Positions 21,229 to 34,190 of a DNA stretch of 64,000 nucleotides are shown in pieces. Position numbers and translations under genes: made by a program. Within the stretch, counting starts at the first letter, position 1. Each line of letters opens with the position of its first letter. The notes below the pieces were generated by a model that ran no database searches, was not told the origin of the DNA, and saw only the letters and a list, made by a program, of their open reading frames with translations. Location of the stretch: assembly GCF_054482595.1 (NCBI RefSeq), contig NZ_CM137008.1; one strand, 5' to 3'.

Positions 21229-24200
21229 TTAACCGCTAATCTGCTCCATCGCCTGCAAAATACGCTTATCTGAAATCGGATAAGGTGTACCGAGTTGTTG
21301 GGCAAAATAGCTGACGCGCAGCTCTTCTATCATCCAACGGATCTCTTTCACGTCTTCATCCTCACGACGTGCAGGCGGCAGTTTGTTGATCCATTGCTGC
21401 CACGCCTGCTGGACGTTTTCGACTTTCAGCATCTGAGCACGGTCGCGATGTGGGTCAACCCCCAGTTTTTCCAGTCGTTTTTCAATCGCCTGCAAATAAC
21501 GCAGCGTGTCGCCCAGCCGTTTGAAGCCGTTACCAGTCACAAAACCGCGATACACCAACCCGCCCATCTGCGCTTTAATGTCAGAAAGCCCCAGCGCCAT
21601 GGTCATATCCACCCGCCCTTTCAGGCGTTTGTTGATATTGAACACTGCCGTAAGGATTTGCTCGACCTGCTTCGCAATATCCACCACCGTGTCGTTCAGT
21701 TCAGCGCGAACTTTTTCATGCAGCGCAGCAAAGCCTTCTTCCGTCCAGACCGGGCCACCATTGGCGTCGATCAGTTGATCCACACCGCAGGAGATACAGT
21801 CGTCGATCAGCTCCAGCACTTTGCCATACGGGTTAAAGTACAGCCCCAGCTTGGCTTTGTTTGGTAACTTCTCATGTAAATACTTGATTGGTGAGGGAAT
21901 ATTCAGCAGCAGTAGACGGCGAAGACCGTTCCACATTGCCTGTTTTTGCTCCAGCGGGTTATCAAACAGTTTGATCGCCACACTGTCGCGCTCATCCACC
22001 AGCGCCGGCCACGCCTTCACTTTGTAGTTACCACGCTTCTGTTCGTAGCTTTCCGGCAACTGACCAAAACTCCAGATATGTAAGCCGCTCTGCTCGATAC
22101 CGTCATCCGCCACCGCAGATAGCGTTTCCTGCACTTTGCCTTTCAGCGCATCTTTCAGATCTTGTAGCGAGCGCCCTTCTTTTAGCTTCTTGTTTTTGTC
22201 ATCCACCACGCGGAAGGTGATTTTCAGGTGATCGGGCACCTGATCCCAGTGCCAGTCTTCGCGGTCAACGGTAACGCCGGTCATCCGCCGTAACTCGCGC
22301 TCAAGGCTGTCGAGCAACGGTAACTCCAGCGGTGTGACGCGGCCTAAAAACGCTTCGGCATAGTTTGGCGCAGGTACAAAATTACGGCGTACCGGTTTCG
22401 GCAACGATTTAATCAGAGCAATCACCAGTTCGCGGCGCAGACCAGGGATCTGCCATTCAAACCCGCTTTCCTCAACCTGGTTAAGTAACGGCAGCGGAAT
22501 ATGTACGGTCACACCGTCAGCATCCGCGCCGGGCTCAAACTGATAGCTCAAACGCAGCTTGAGATTGCCCTGATGCCAGAAGTTCGGGTAATCCAGCTTG
22601 CTGATCTTTTCCGCCCCTTCTTTGATCAACATGCTCTTTTCAAAGTTGAGCAAATCAGGCGTTTCGCGGCTGACTTTTTTCCACCAGCTGTCGAAGTGAC
22701 GAGCGGAGATTACATCGTGGCTGATGCGCTGGTCGTAGAACTCAAACAGCGTTTCGTCATCAACCAGAATATCGCGGCGACGTGATTTGTGTTCAAGCTC
22801 TTCCACTTCGGCCCGCAGTTTCAGGTTTTCACGGAAGAATGCGTGACGCGTCTGCCAGTCACCTTCCACCAGCGCGTGGCGAATAAAGAGTTCACGACAT
22901 AACGCCGGATCGATCTGGCTGTAGTTGACCTTGCGCGCGGCAACAATCGGCAAACCATAAACAGTGACTTTTTCCGTTGCCATCACCGCGCCCTGCGCCC
23001 GTTCCCAGTGCGGTTCGCTGTAGGTACGTTTAATCAAATGCTGAGCGACAGGCTCCACCCATTCCGGGTCGATACGCGCAGCAATGCGCCCCCACAGGCG
23101 GCTGGTTTCTACCAGTTCCGCCACCATTACCCATTTCGGCGGTTTTTTGAATAAACCAGAACCGGGGAAGATGGAGAAACGCGCGTTACGTGCGCCGGTA
23201 TATTCTTGTTTATCGGCATCTTTCATGCCGATATGGGAAAGCAAACCCGTCAGCAACGCAATGTGAATTTCGCGATATTCCGCCGGTTCGCTGTTCACCG
23301 GAATGCCGAGTTCTTTCACCACCTGGCGCAACTGGGTGTAGATATCCTGCCATTCGCGCACGCGCAGATAGTTGAGATAATCGGTACGACACAGGCGACG
23401 GAAGGCGTTGGAAGAAAGCGCCTTTTGCTGCTCGCCAAGATAATTCCACAGATTCACAAACGCGAGGAAGTCAGACTCTTTGTCGTGGAAGCGACGATGT
23501 TTTTCGTCCGATGCCTGCTGTTTGTCCATCGGACGTTCGCGCGGATCCTGAATGGAGAGCGCGGACGTGATAATCATCGCCTCACGCACGCAGCCATGTT
23601 TTTGCGCTTCCAGCACCATACGCGCCAGACGTGGGTCGACAGGCAACTGCGAGAGCTGGCGACCGAGCGGCGTCAATTTATAGGCGCTGGCCTGTTCATC
23701 AGTGGTGATCGCGCCCAGCTCTTCGAGCAGACGCACGCCATCCTGGATATTGCGTTTATCCGGTGCTTCGACAAACGGGAACGCAGCGATATCGCCCAGC
23801 CCCAGCGCGGTCATCTGCAAAATAACCGAGGCCAGGTTGGTACGCAGAATTTCCGGGTCGGTAAACTCCGGGCGCGAGAGGAAATCGTCTTCGGAATAGA
23901 GACGAATACAGATCCCTTCGGACACACGACCACAGCGGCCTTTACGCTGATTGGCAGACGCCTGCGAAATGGGCTCAATCGGCAAACGCTGCACTTTGGT
24001 GCGATAGCTGTAGCGGCTGATACGCGCCGTACCGGGGTCGATAACGTATTTAATCCCCGGTACAGTCAGCGAGGTTTCCGCGACGTTGGTCGCCAGCACA
24101 ATGCGTCGCCCGCTGTGCGACTGGAACACGCGGTTCTGTTCGCTATTCGAAAGCCGCGCATAAAGCGGCAAGATTTCGGTATGGCGTAAGTTCAGCTTGT

Positions 24201-25131
24201 TCAGCGCATCGGCGGTATCGCGAATTTCCCGCTCGCCGCTCATAAAGATCAGAATGTCGCCGGGGCTTTCCTGGCTTAGTTCGTCTACGGCGTCAAAAAT
24301 CGCCTGCAACTGATCGCGCTCGGTGTCATCGGCTTCTTCAACAATCGGGCGATAGCGCACTTCCACCGGATAGGTCCGACCGGAGACTTCAATAATCGGC
24401 GCATTATTAAAGTGGCGCGAAAAGCGTTCCGGGTCGATAGTCGCGGAAGTGATAATGATTTTTAGGTCAGGACGCCGCGGCAGCAACTCTTTCAAATAGC
24501 CGAGCAGAAAATCGATATTCAGGCTGCGTTCGTGCGCTTCGTCAATAATGATGGTGTCGTACTGCATCAGCAGGCGGTCTTGCTGGATCTCCGCCAGCAG
24601 GATACCGTCGGTCATCAGCTTGACCATCGTGTTATCACTTACGTGATCGCTGAAACGCACTTTGTAACCGATGCAACCGCCCGGCTCCGTTTTCAGCTCT
24701 TCCGCAATACGGTTCGCCACCGTTCTTGCCGCCAGGCGACGCGGCTGGGTATGGCCGATCAGCCCTTTAATCCCGCGCCCCAGCTCCATACAGATTTTCG
24801 GTAACTGAGTCGTTTTACCAGAACCCGTTTCCCCGGCGACGATCACCACCTGGTGATCACGAATCGCTTCGAGAATGTCCTGCTTTTTCTGACTAACCGG
24901 TAAATTGTCAGGATAAGTAATTTCCGGTCGTGCCGCTTCACGCAGCAGGACTTTCCCTGCCGCCTGGTCAATCTCTTTCGCCATCTCCTGGAAAATGGCC
25001 TGTTGTGCATCAGGATTTTTAACCTTCTTCACGCCGTGCAGACGGCGAGAAAAACGCAGTCTGTCACGCAGCATCAGCGAATCCAGCCGCTGCTGCAAGG
25101 CCGTAAAGGTCAATTTTTGTTGTTCTGTCAT
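21229..25131 (-). CDS. hrpA: ATP-dependent RNA helicase HrpA (DEAH-box)
   Basis: 1300-aa ORF with Walker A GETGSGKTTQ and DEAH motif IIIDEAHERS. Confidence 0.95.
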   Translation of the reverse strand: MTEQQKLTFTALQQRLDSLMLRDRLRFSRRLHGVKKVKNPDAQQAIFQEMAKEIDQAAGKVLLREAARPEITYPDNLPVSQKKQDILEAIRDHQVVIVAGETGSGKTTQLPKICMELGRGIKGLIGHTQPRRLAARTVANRIAEELKTEPGGCIGYKVRFSDHVSDNTMVKLMTDGILLAEIQQDRLLMQYDTIIIDEAHERSLNIDFLLGYLKELLPRRPDLKIIITSATIDPERFSRHFNNAPIIEVSGRTYPVEVRYRPIVEEADDTERDQLQAIFDAVDELSQESPGDILIFMSGEREIRDTADALNKLNLRHTEILPLYARLSNSEQNRVFQSHSGRRIVLATNVAETSLTVPGIKYVIDPGTARISRYSYRTKVQRLPIEPISQASANQRKGRCGRVSEGICIRLYSEDDFLSRPEFTDPEILRTNLASVILQMTALGLGDIAAFPFVEAPDKRNIQDGVRLLEELGAITTDEQASAYKLTPLGRQLSQLPVDPRLARMVLEAQKHGCVREAMIITSALSIQDPRERPMDKQQASDEKHRRFHDKESDFLAFVNLWNYLGEQQKALSSNAFRRLCRTDYLNYLRVREWQDIYTQLRQVVKELGIPVNSEPAEYREIHIALLTGLLSHIGMKDADKQEYTGARNARFSIFPGSGLFKKPPKWVMVAELVETSRLWGRIAARIDPEWVEPVAQHLIKRTYSEPHWERAQGAVMATEKVTVYGLPIVAARKVNYSQIDPALCRELFIRHALVEGDWQTRHAFFRENLKLRAEVEELEHKSRRRDILVDDETLFEFYDQRISHDVISARHFDSWWKKVSRETPDLLNFEKSMLIKEGAEKISKLDYPNFWHQGNLKLRLSYQFEPGADADGVTVHIPLPLLNQVEESGFEWQIPGLRRELVIALIKSLPKPVRRNFVPAPNYAEAFLGRVTPLELPLLDSLERELRRMTGVTVDREDWHWDQVPDHLKITFRVVDDKNKKLKEGRSLQDLKDALKGKVQETLSAVADDGIEQSGLHIWSFGQLPESYEQKRGNYKVKAWPALVDERDSVAIKLFDNPLEQKQAMWNGLRRLLLLNIPSPIKYLHEKLPNKAKLGLYFNPYGKVLELIDDCISCGVDQLIDANGGPVWTEEGFAALHEKVRAELNDTVVDIAKQVEQILTAVFNINKRLKGRVDMTMALGLSDIKAQMGGLVYRGFVTGNGFKRLGDTLRYLQAIEKRLEKLGVDPHRDRAQMLKVENVQQAWQQWINKLPPARREDEDVKEIRWMIEELRVSYFAQQLGTPYPISDKRILQAMEQISG

Positions 25132-25322
25132 AACGTTAGTGGGCAGTAGTCTGCCTGATTAATTTTCTTTGAAATGATAGATATAGAGTACCACATCGCG
25201 GCTTTCTATGCGTTGTTCAATAAATTCGAACATAGGCTTCGATTTATTGCGCTATCTCTGTGGCAGGATTGTGAATAAAGTGTCAACAAGCAACGGGGCA
25301 TCGCCCATTCAAATATCCATAA

Positions 25323-25937
<615 letters not shown>

Positions 25938-25990
25938 CCGGACACGGTCTTGATGTGGACTGTAGATATTCAGTCCACATCTCAATCCAC

Positions 25991-29054
<3,064 letters not shown>

Positions 29055-29069
29055 TTTCTCTATTTTCCT

Positions 29070-29966
29070 TCAGTAACAGCAGTAGCGAATAAAATAAAAA
29101 AATACCGGAGCGGTGAAAATTAATGAGTCAATCCTGTCAAGGAGTCCGCCATGTCCTGGTAATAGTTTTCCGCTATCTTTAACACTAATATCTCGTTTGA
29201 TGGCTGACATCACTACATCGCCGCAAAAACCACTAATACCAATTAACAAACCCGCTAATAATGCCTGTAATGTATTTAGCGGTGTCAGCAACGGTCCAAT
29301 AATAAGTGACGCAATCATGGTGGTGATTACGCCCCCCACCAGACCTTCCAGCGTTTTTCCCGGGCTGACTTTGGGGACCACTTTTCTTCTGCCGCAGGAT
29401 TTCCCCCATAAATACTGTGCAATATCGTTTGACTCTGTTGTCGCCAAAAGAAATAACACCAGTAACGCCCCGCCCTGGGTATTTGTGGTTGGCAACATTA
29501 ATAACCAGGCGGCATGACTCAAGGCGAAAACGGTCATTATCCAGCCCCAAAAAATGGCGCTCACGGTATGCAGAAAACCGGAGGTATCACCTACTAAAAC
29601 TCGCCAGGTGGTTAATATCAGAAACCCAGCCAAAGGTATAAATAACAGAAACAGCTCAAAGCAATTAAAACCGATAAGCAAATAGTTAAGAGGAATAACC
29701 CAATATAACCAACGCGGAAAATGTACGGATATAAGCGTACAATATTCTTTCAATGCCAGAAAACTTATCAGCGCAAAAAACGTCAACGTCATCCAGCGTG
29801 GACCTGAAATCACCAGTGAAAAACAAATGACGATACCCCACCAGGTACGAATACGTAATGTAACTTCATCCTCTTTTCTCTCCGGTAACCGCCATACCCG
29901 AAAACGGTTTATCAGCGTTGCTAAAATTAACAACGCGAAAAGTGTTGCCAGAGATTTTTCCAGCAT
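29070..29966 (-). CDS. ynbB: YnbB, CdsA-like phosphatidate cytidylyltransferase family
   Basis: 298-aa membrane ORF with CDS signature SAIKRDISVKDSGKLLPGHGGLLDRIDSL. Confidence 0.85.
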   Translation of the reverse strand: MLEKSLATLFALLILATLINRFRVWRLPERKEDEVTLRIRTWWGIVICFSLVISGPRWMTLTFFALISFLALKEYCTLISVHFPRWLYWVIPLNYLLIGFNCFELFLLFIPLAGFLILTTWRVLVGDTSGFLHTVSAIFWGWIMTVFALSHAAWLLMLPTTNTQGGALLVLFLLATTESNDIAQYLWGKSCGRRKVVPKVSPGKTLEGLVGGVITTMIASLIIGPLLTPLNTLQALLAGLLIGISGFCGDVVMSAIKRDISVKDSGKLLPGHGGLLDRIDSLIFTAPVFFYFIRYCCY

Positions 29967-30571
29967 TATCTTTCAGCACTCATCAGGAGCACACTCCGAC
30001 AACGATTAATCGCAGTCCAGATAAGCAGAATTGAAGCAATGCCCCATAAAAGATTATTCCATTGCATCCACTGTGGATAAATGGCAACGGCCAGCCCCCA
30101 CAACCCAAATATTAACGCACGATCGCTTTTGCCGAATGGACCGGCATAACTGCGAATACCGTTAATCGTCTGCGCGAGTAAACCGCAAAACTCAGTCAAT
30201 ATGGTGAAAAATAACATGAGTATTACGAGTGATGCGTTACTTTCTGGTAAAAATAAAAACGGTAAATAGAGCGCAATATCGGAAATAACATCGCCAGTTT
30301 CATTCAAAATCGCCCCCAGACGTGTTTGCAGATTGCACTCACGCGCCAACATGCCATCCAGCGCATTGAGTGCCATACGGATAAAAAGCACGATGGGCAA
30401 TAGCAAAAAGAGGATGGGTTGTGCGACCAACATCAACAGCAATCCGGTAATAAGAGAAAGCGCCAGTGCAGCAAGAGTGATGTGATTCGCTGTAACATGG
30501 TGCTTATAAAGCCAAAACATCGTCGGCCTTAACAGCGACTGAAAGAGCGGTTTTATCTGGTAGAGCGTCAT
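29966..30571 (-). CDS. ynbA: YnbA, CDP-alcohol phosphatidyltransferase family
   Basis: Trimmed to MTLYQIKPLFQSLL... (201 aa); motif DGMLARECNLQTRLGAILNETGDVISD; ATGA overlap with ynbB start. Confidence 0.85.
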   Translation of the reverse strand: MTLYQIKPLFQSLLRPTMFWLYKHHVTANHITLAALALSLITGLLLMLVAQPILFLLLPIVLFIRMALNALDGMLARECNLQTRLGAILNETGDVISDIALYLPFLFLPESNASLVILMLFFTILTEFCGLLAQTINGIRSYAGPFGKSDRALIFGLWGLAVAIYPQWMQWNNLLWGIASILLIWTAINRCRSVLLMSAER

Positions 30572-30740
30572 TATCAATCCTTGATAATTCGGTTTGCGCT
30601 ATGGTGCATCAATTCCCCTGACGGAGATATCGCAACACGACGCTTCATTAAAAATTCAGAATATATCAAGGTATTGGGGACTCACTGTCAGGAATGATTA
30701 TCCCAATAAATCAAGTGGTTAAAAATTATTACGCTGTTAT

Positions 30741-33047
30741 TCAATACAACTCATCAAGTTTTCTCATCGCTTGTTCCCGTATTGCGCGCGTCTTACCGTT
30801 AAGCGCCAGCTGGCGAACTAAATCCAGTTCAGGGTTAACAAGCTCTAACGCCAGCAAAGGATCACGTTTCAGCCTCGCCTTTAATACATCAACTGGAAAA
30901 CGGGGATTATTCATCGCCACAATCCACCACTCGGGATCAATTTCTGCCGCCAGTACTGCAGGCGGTGTGTGGCGGTTGTTAAGTGCGCCGAACTTGAAAA
31001 ATGTGAGATTGCTTTTCGCCAGTGTACTCCACCATATACGATCCGGTTGTTTTGCCAGTACATCCAGTTGTGCTAACGCATCGGGGTCTAGTGCATAATA
31101 AACACGTAACGCTTCGTTAACCTGCGCACGGGAACTGTTTTCCTGCCTCAGAAAAAACTTCGCCCAAATATCATTGCGTGGCGTGTTTTGCTGTAATTCC
31201 TTGAGAACAACAGCGGGTAAATTATCCCAACTAATTAATGCTCTCTCTAAAAAGTCCCAGTCGTCCGAACGTATCAGAGAGGTGGCATTTAATAGCATCT
31301 GGTCATCAACTTCACCGTAGCTGATAAGCTCAGACAAAATCATATCAGCGCTGGTTTCATATGCATCTGAATCTGCTTTGGGATTATTTTTCCGATGCGA
31401 TAAAGCACGTTGCCAAATTTTTTGTTTCATCGACGTGCTCAGATACTGATTTTTCGCCAGATTACTCCACCCCTCAGGATCGTTGAAACGTGTCAATAAC
31501 CGTTGTAAAGCAGCGTCAGAGTGAATTATCTGCATATCCCGACAGCAAAAGTAGGCAGGGGATTTTTTCTCCATCCTTTTAACAAAATTAAACTGTAAGT
31601 TATCTGGCAACGCTAAAAATAACGCACCTATTAGATCATCGTCATTCTCGAATTTTTGGTATAAATATACTGCTATTTTGTCACTCTCTTGTGGCGTCAT
31701 CCGCAACAATTGACCATGGTGTTTCATCTCTGCCAGCTTTAACGCTAAGCTTGTGACAACATCGTTTGATGAATCGTTCGCCAACTGCATTGCCTGATTG
31801 TAGGTGAGTTGTCCTCCAGCACCGACCTGACGAATAGAGGAATCATCACTGCGGATATAGCCATCAATAATGGATTCGGGCAATAACCACGCATCTTTAT
31901 AAAGCTCCTGAATGATCATATCCCAATCTCTTTTCGCCAGAGTCATGACGATATCCAGAGGGAGATTTTCACGTAGCGCAAGATTCAACGGACCGACACC
32001 ATCAGGTAGATGACTCATTCGCGTCATTATTTCGACAGAGAGCGGTTCACGGTCGAGCAACCCCAGAACAACAGGCTGGTAACCCAATTGCTGATCGGTC
32101 AACTCCAGAATCTCATTGTCAGGCATATATCTCGCCATACTTGCAATCGTTTGTCCATCATTGCTATTAATAAGTTGTTTGCGTAGGTTAGCTGAAATTC
32201 CTTTAAGCCTTGGGAGAGTTCGCATTATGGCAAGATCAAATGTCGCAATATCTCGTCCTTCAAATGCAGCAACGTTGCCTTCATCCAGCATTTGCAATTC
32301 CTGCACTAACTCAGGAGAAGGCTTAGGGCGAAACAGCGCTTCTTTTTTCATCTGATTACAGACATTCCCTGCCATGCGAATATTGCTTCGCTTAAAAATT
32401 TCTTTCAGAGCATCTTCATCATTTATTAGACCCCAATAATATGCATCAGGATTTATTATCTTCAACGCTTTTTTGACATTTTCAGTGTCATTTTTATCAC
32501 TCGCACGGACCATGAATTCACTATTTGTCGAAGACGCAACAACAGGTGCAATTATGTCATTGATAAATATCCCACGCGCATTAATACTCCCCTTAATCGT
32601 AGACGGATTATCGTAATATGAGTCGATAAATACCAGTCCACTTGCATTTATCGAACCGGTAATTAACAGTGGTGAATCCGTAACTATATTCGTTGCCGTC
32701 ACGTTACCGAGAATAACCCATGGATTAGAAAGAGAGAAAGTGGAAATATTACCTTTGACTGTCAAATTGCCAAGAACAATCAATTTTTGATTACTCTCTA
32801 TATTACCTTCTACCACTAAATCGCCACGATGCACTTTCCAGTCCGATGCAGATAAACCGAAGGGGACAAGATTCACGCTACTGTTGATAGCTTGTTCAAC
32901 TTGTTGTTTATCTTCAGCGGTAGCCGCAGAAAAAAATGGTTCAATATCAACTGCATTTGCAACACATCGAAGTTCCGCCTGTACTGGAAGACTCAGCATA
33001 AACAGGGGGAGTAAACCTATCCAGCTGCAAATCCTGGGCTTAAACAT
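30741..33047 (-). CDS. ydbD: YdbD, large secreted protein of unknown function (signal peptide); start ATG 33047 or GTG 33053
   Basis: About 768-aa ORF MFKPRICSWIGLLPLFMLSLPVQA... Confidence 0.8.
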   Translation of the reverse strand: MFKPRICSWIGLLPLFMLSLPVQAELRCVANAVDIEPFFSAATAEDKQQVEQAINSSVNLVPFGLSASDWKVHRGDLVVEGNIESNQKLIVLGNLTVKGNISTFSLSNPWVILGNVTATNIVTDSPLLITGSINASGLVFIDSYYDNPSTIKGSINARGIFINDIIAPVVASSTNSEFMVRASDKNDTENVKKALKIINPDAYYWGLINDEDALKEIFKRSNIRMAGNVCNQMKKEALFRPKPSPELVQELQMLDEGNVAAFEGRDIATFDLAIMRTLPRLKGISANLRKQLINSNDGQTIASMARYMPDNEILELTDQQLGYQPVVLGLLDREPLSVEIMTRMSHLPDGVGPLNLALRENLPLDIVMTLAKRDWDMIIQELYKDAWLLPESIIDGYIRSDDSSIRQVGAGGQLTYNQAMQLANDSSNDVVTSLALKLAEMKHHGQLLRMTPQESDKIAVYLYQKFENDDDLIGALFLALPDNLQFNFVKRMEKKSPAYFCCRDMQIIHSDAALQRLLTRFNDPEGWSNLAKNQYLSTSMKQKIWQRALSHRKNNPKADSDAYETSADMILSELISYGEVDDQMLLNATSLIRSDDWDFLERALISWDNLPAVVLKELQQNTPRNDIWAKFFLRQENSSRAQVNEALRVYYALDPDALAQLDVLAKQPDRIWWSTLAKSNLTFFKFGALNNRHTPPAVLAAEIDPEWWIVAMNNPRFPVDVLKARLKRDPLLALELVNPELDLVRQLALNGKTRAIREQAMRKLDELY

Positions 33048-33110
33048 ATGCACTCCATGCCATTAAAAAAGAAACAAAAGGGAAATGCATCTTTCCCTTT
33101 TGTATATTCG

Positions 33111-33971
33111 TTATTCTCGCGAAATACCATCCAACGTAGACAACACTTCCTCAGAAAGATGCAATTTTTCAGCAGCCATATTCTCCCGTAAATGCGCAAC
33201 AGAAGACGTCCCTGGGATCAGCAAAATATTCGGTGAACGTTGTAACAGCCACGCCAGCGCCACCTGCATTGGTGTTGCACCCAGGCTCGCAGCAACATCG
33301 GAAAGCGTGGAAGATTGCAGCGGCGTAAAGCCCCCGAGCGGAAAGAACGGCACGTAGGCAATGCCGTCACGAGCCAAAGCTTCAATCATTGCGTCATCAG
33401 CACGATGAGCAATGTTGTATTCGTTCTGCACACAGACGATTTCGGCAATCTTGCGCGCCTCTGCAACCTGCGTCGGTGTGACGTTGCTCAGGCCAATATG
33501 TTTTACCAGGCCTTGTTGTTGCATCTCTGCCAGCACGGTCAGGCTGGCTTCAATCGATCCTTCCGCCGGGCCATGACCATCCCCCATCATCACGCGCAGG
33601 TTAACCACATCCAGTATGTCCAGGCCGAGATTACGTAGATTATCGTGTACCGCTTTTTGCAGCTCTGCCGGAGAAAATGCGGGCAACCAGGATGCGTCCT
33701 CTCCACGCCGCGCACCAATTTTAGTGACAATTGTCAGATCGTCAGAGTAAGGATAAAGCGCTTCGCGGATAATCTGATTGGTGACGTGCGGACCATAAAA
33801 GTCGCTGGTATCAATGTGATTGACGCCCAATGCCAGCGCCTCACGCAGCACGGTTATAGCGACGTGGCGATCTCTTGGGGGGCCAAAAACCCCAGGACCT
33901 GCCAGTTGCATCGCGCCATAACCAAGACGGTTAACGGATTTTGTACCGAGAGTAAATGTATTGCTGCTCAT
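33111..33971 (-). CDS. ydbC: Aldo-keto reductase (pyridoxine 4-dehydrogenase PdxI / YdbC)
   Basis: 286-aa ORF with AKR-family sequence. Confidence 0.85.
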   Translation of the reverse strand: MSSNTFTLGTKSVNRLGYGAMQLAGPGVFGPPRDRHVAITVLREALALGVNHIDTSDFYGPHVTNQIIREALYPYSDDLTIVTKIGARRGEDASWLPAFSPAELQKAVHDNLRNLGLDILDVVNLRVMMGDGHGPAEGSIEASLTVLAEMQQQGLVKHIGLSNVTPTQVAEARKIAEIVCVQNEYNIAHRADDAMIEALARDGIAYVPFFPLGGFTPLQSSTLSDVAASLGATPMQVALAWLLQRSPNILLIPGTSSVAHLRENMAAEKLHLSEEVLSTLDGISRE

Positions 33972-34133
33972 CGCACCCTGCCCTGTAATAAAACGGATTA
34001 AGAAAAATCAGTATAGAAACGAAAAGAGATAAATAATGCGAAGGCGTAAACAAGATTTCTGGATGAGTAGCACTATTGTCCTGAAAGACACCAAAACATT
34101 AGACAGCAAAAGATAAGTCAAGCGTCGCATCCG

Positions 34134-34170
34134 GCAATAAAAAACCGCAACCTGTATCAGCGTTGCGGTT
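34134..34170 (-). terminator. Intrinsic terminator downstream of ydbA
   Basis: 9-bp stem aaccgcaac/gttgcggtt with 10-nt loop, followed on minus strand by UUUUAUU; about 20 nt after ydbA stop. Confidence 0.5.
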
Positions 34171-34190
34171 TGTGTATCACATGCTAAAAA

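Noticed and set aside
23206-24189. 327-aa plus-strand ORF
   Set aside because: Antisense to the hrpA helicase core; Arg-rich shadow ORF typical of the antisense strand of GC-rich coding sequence
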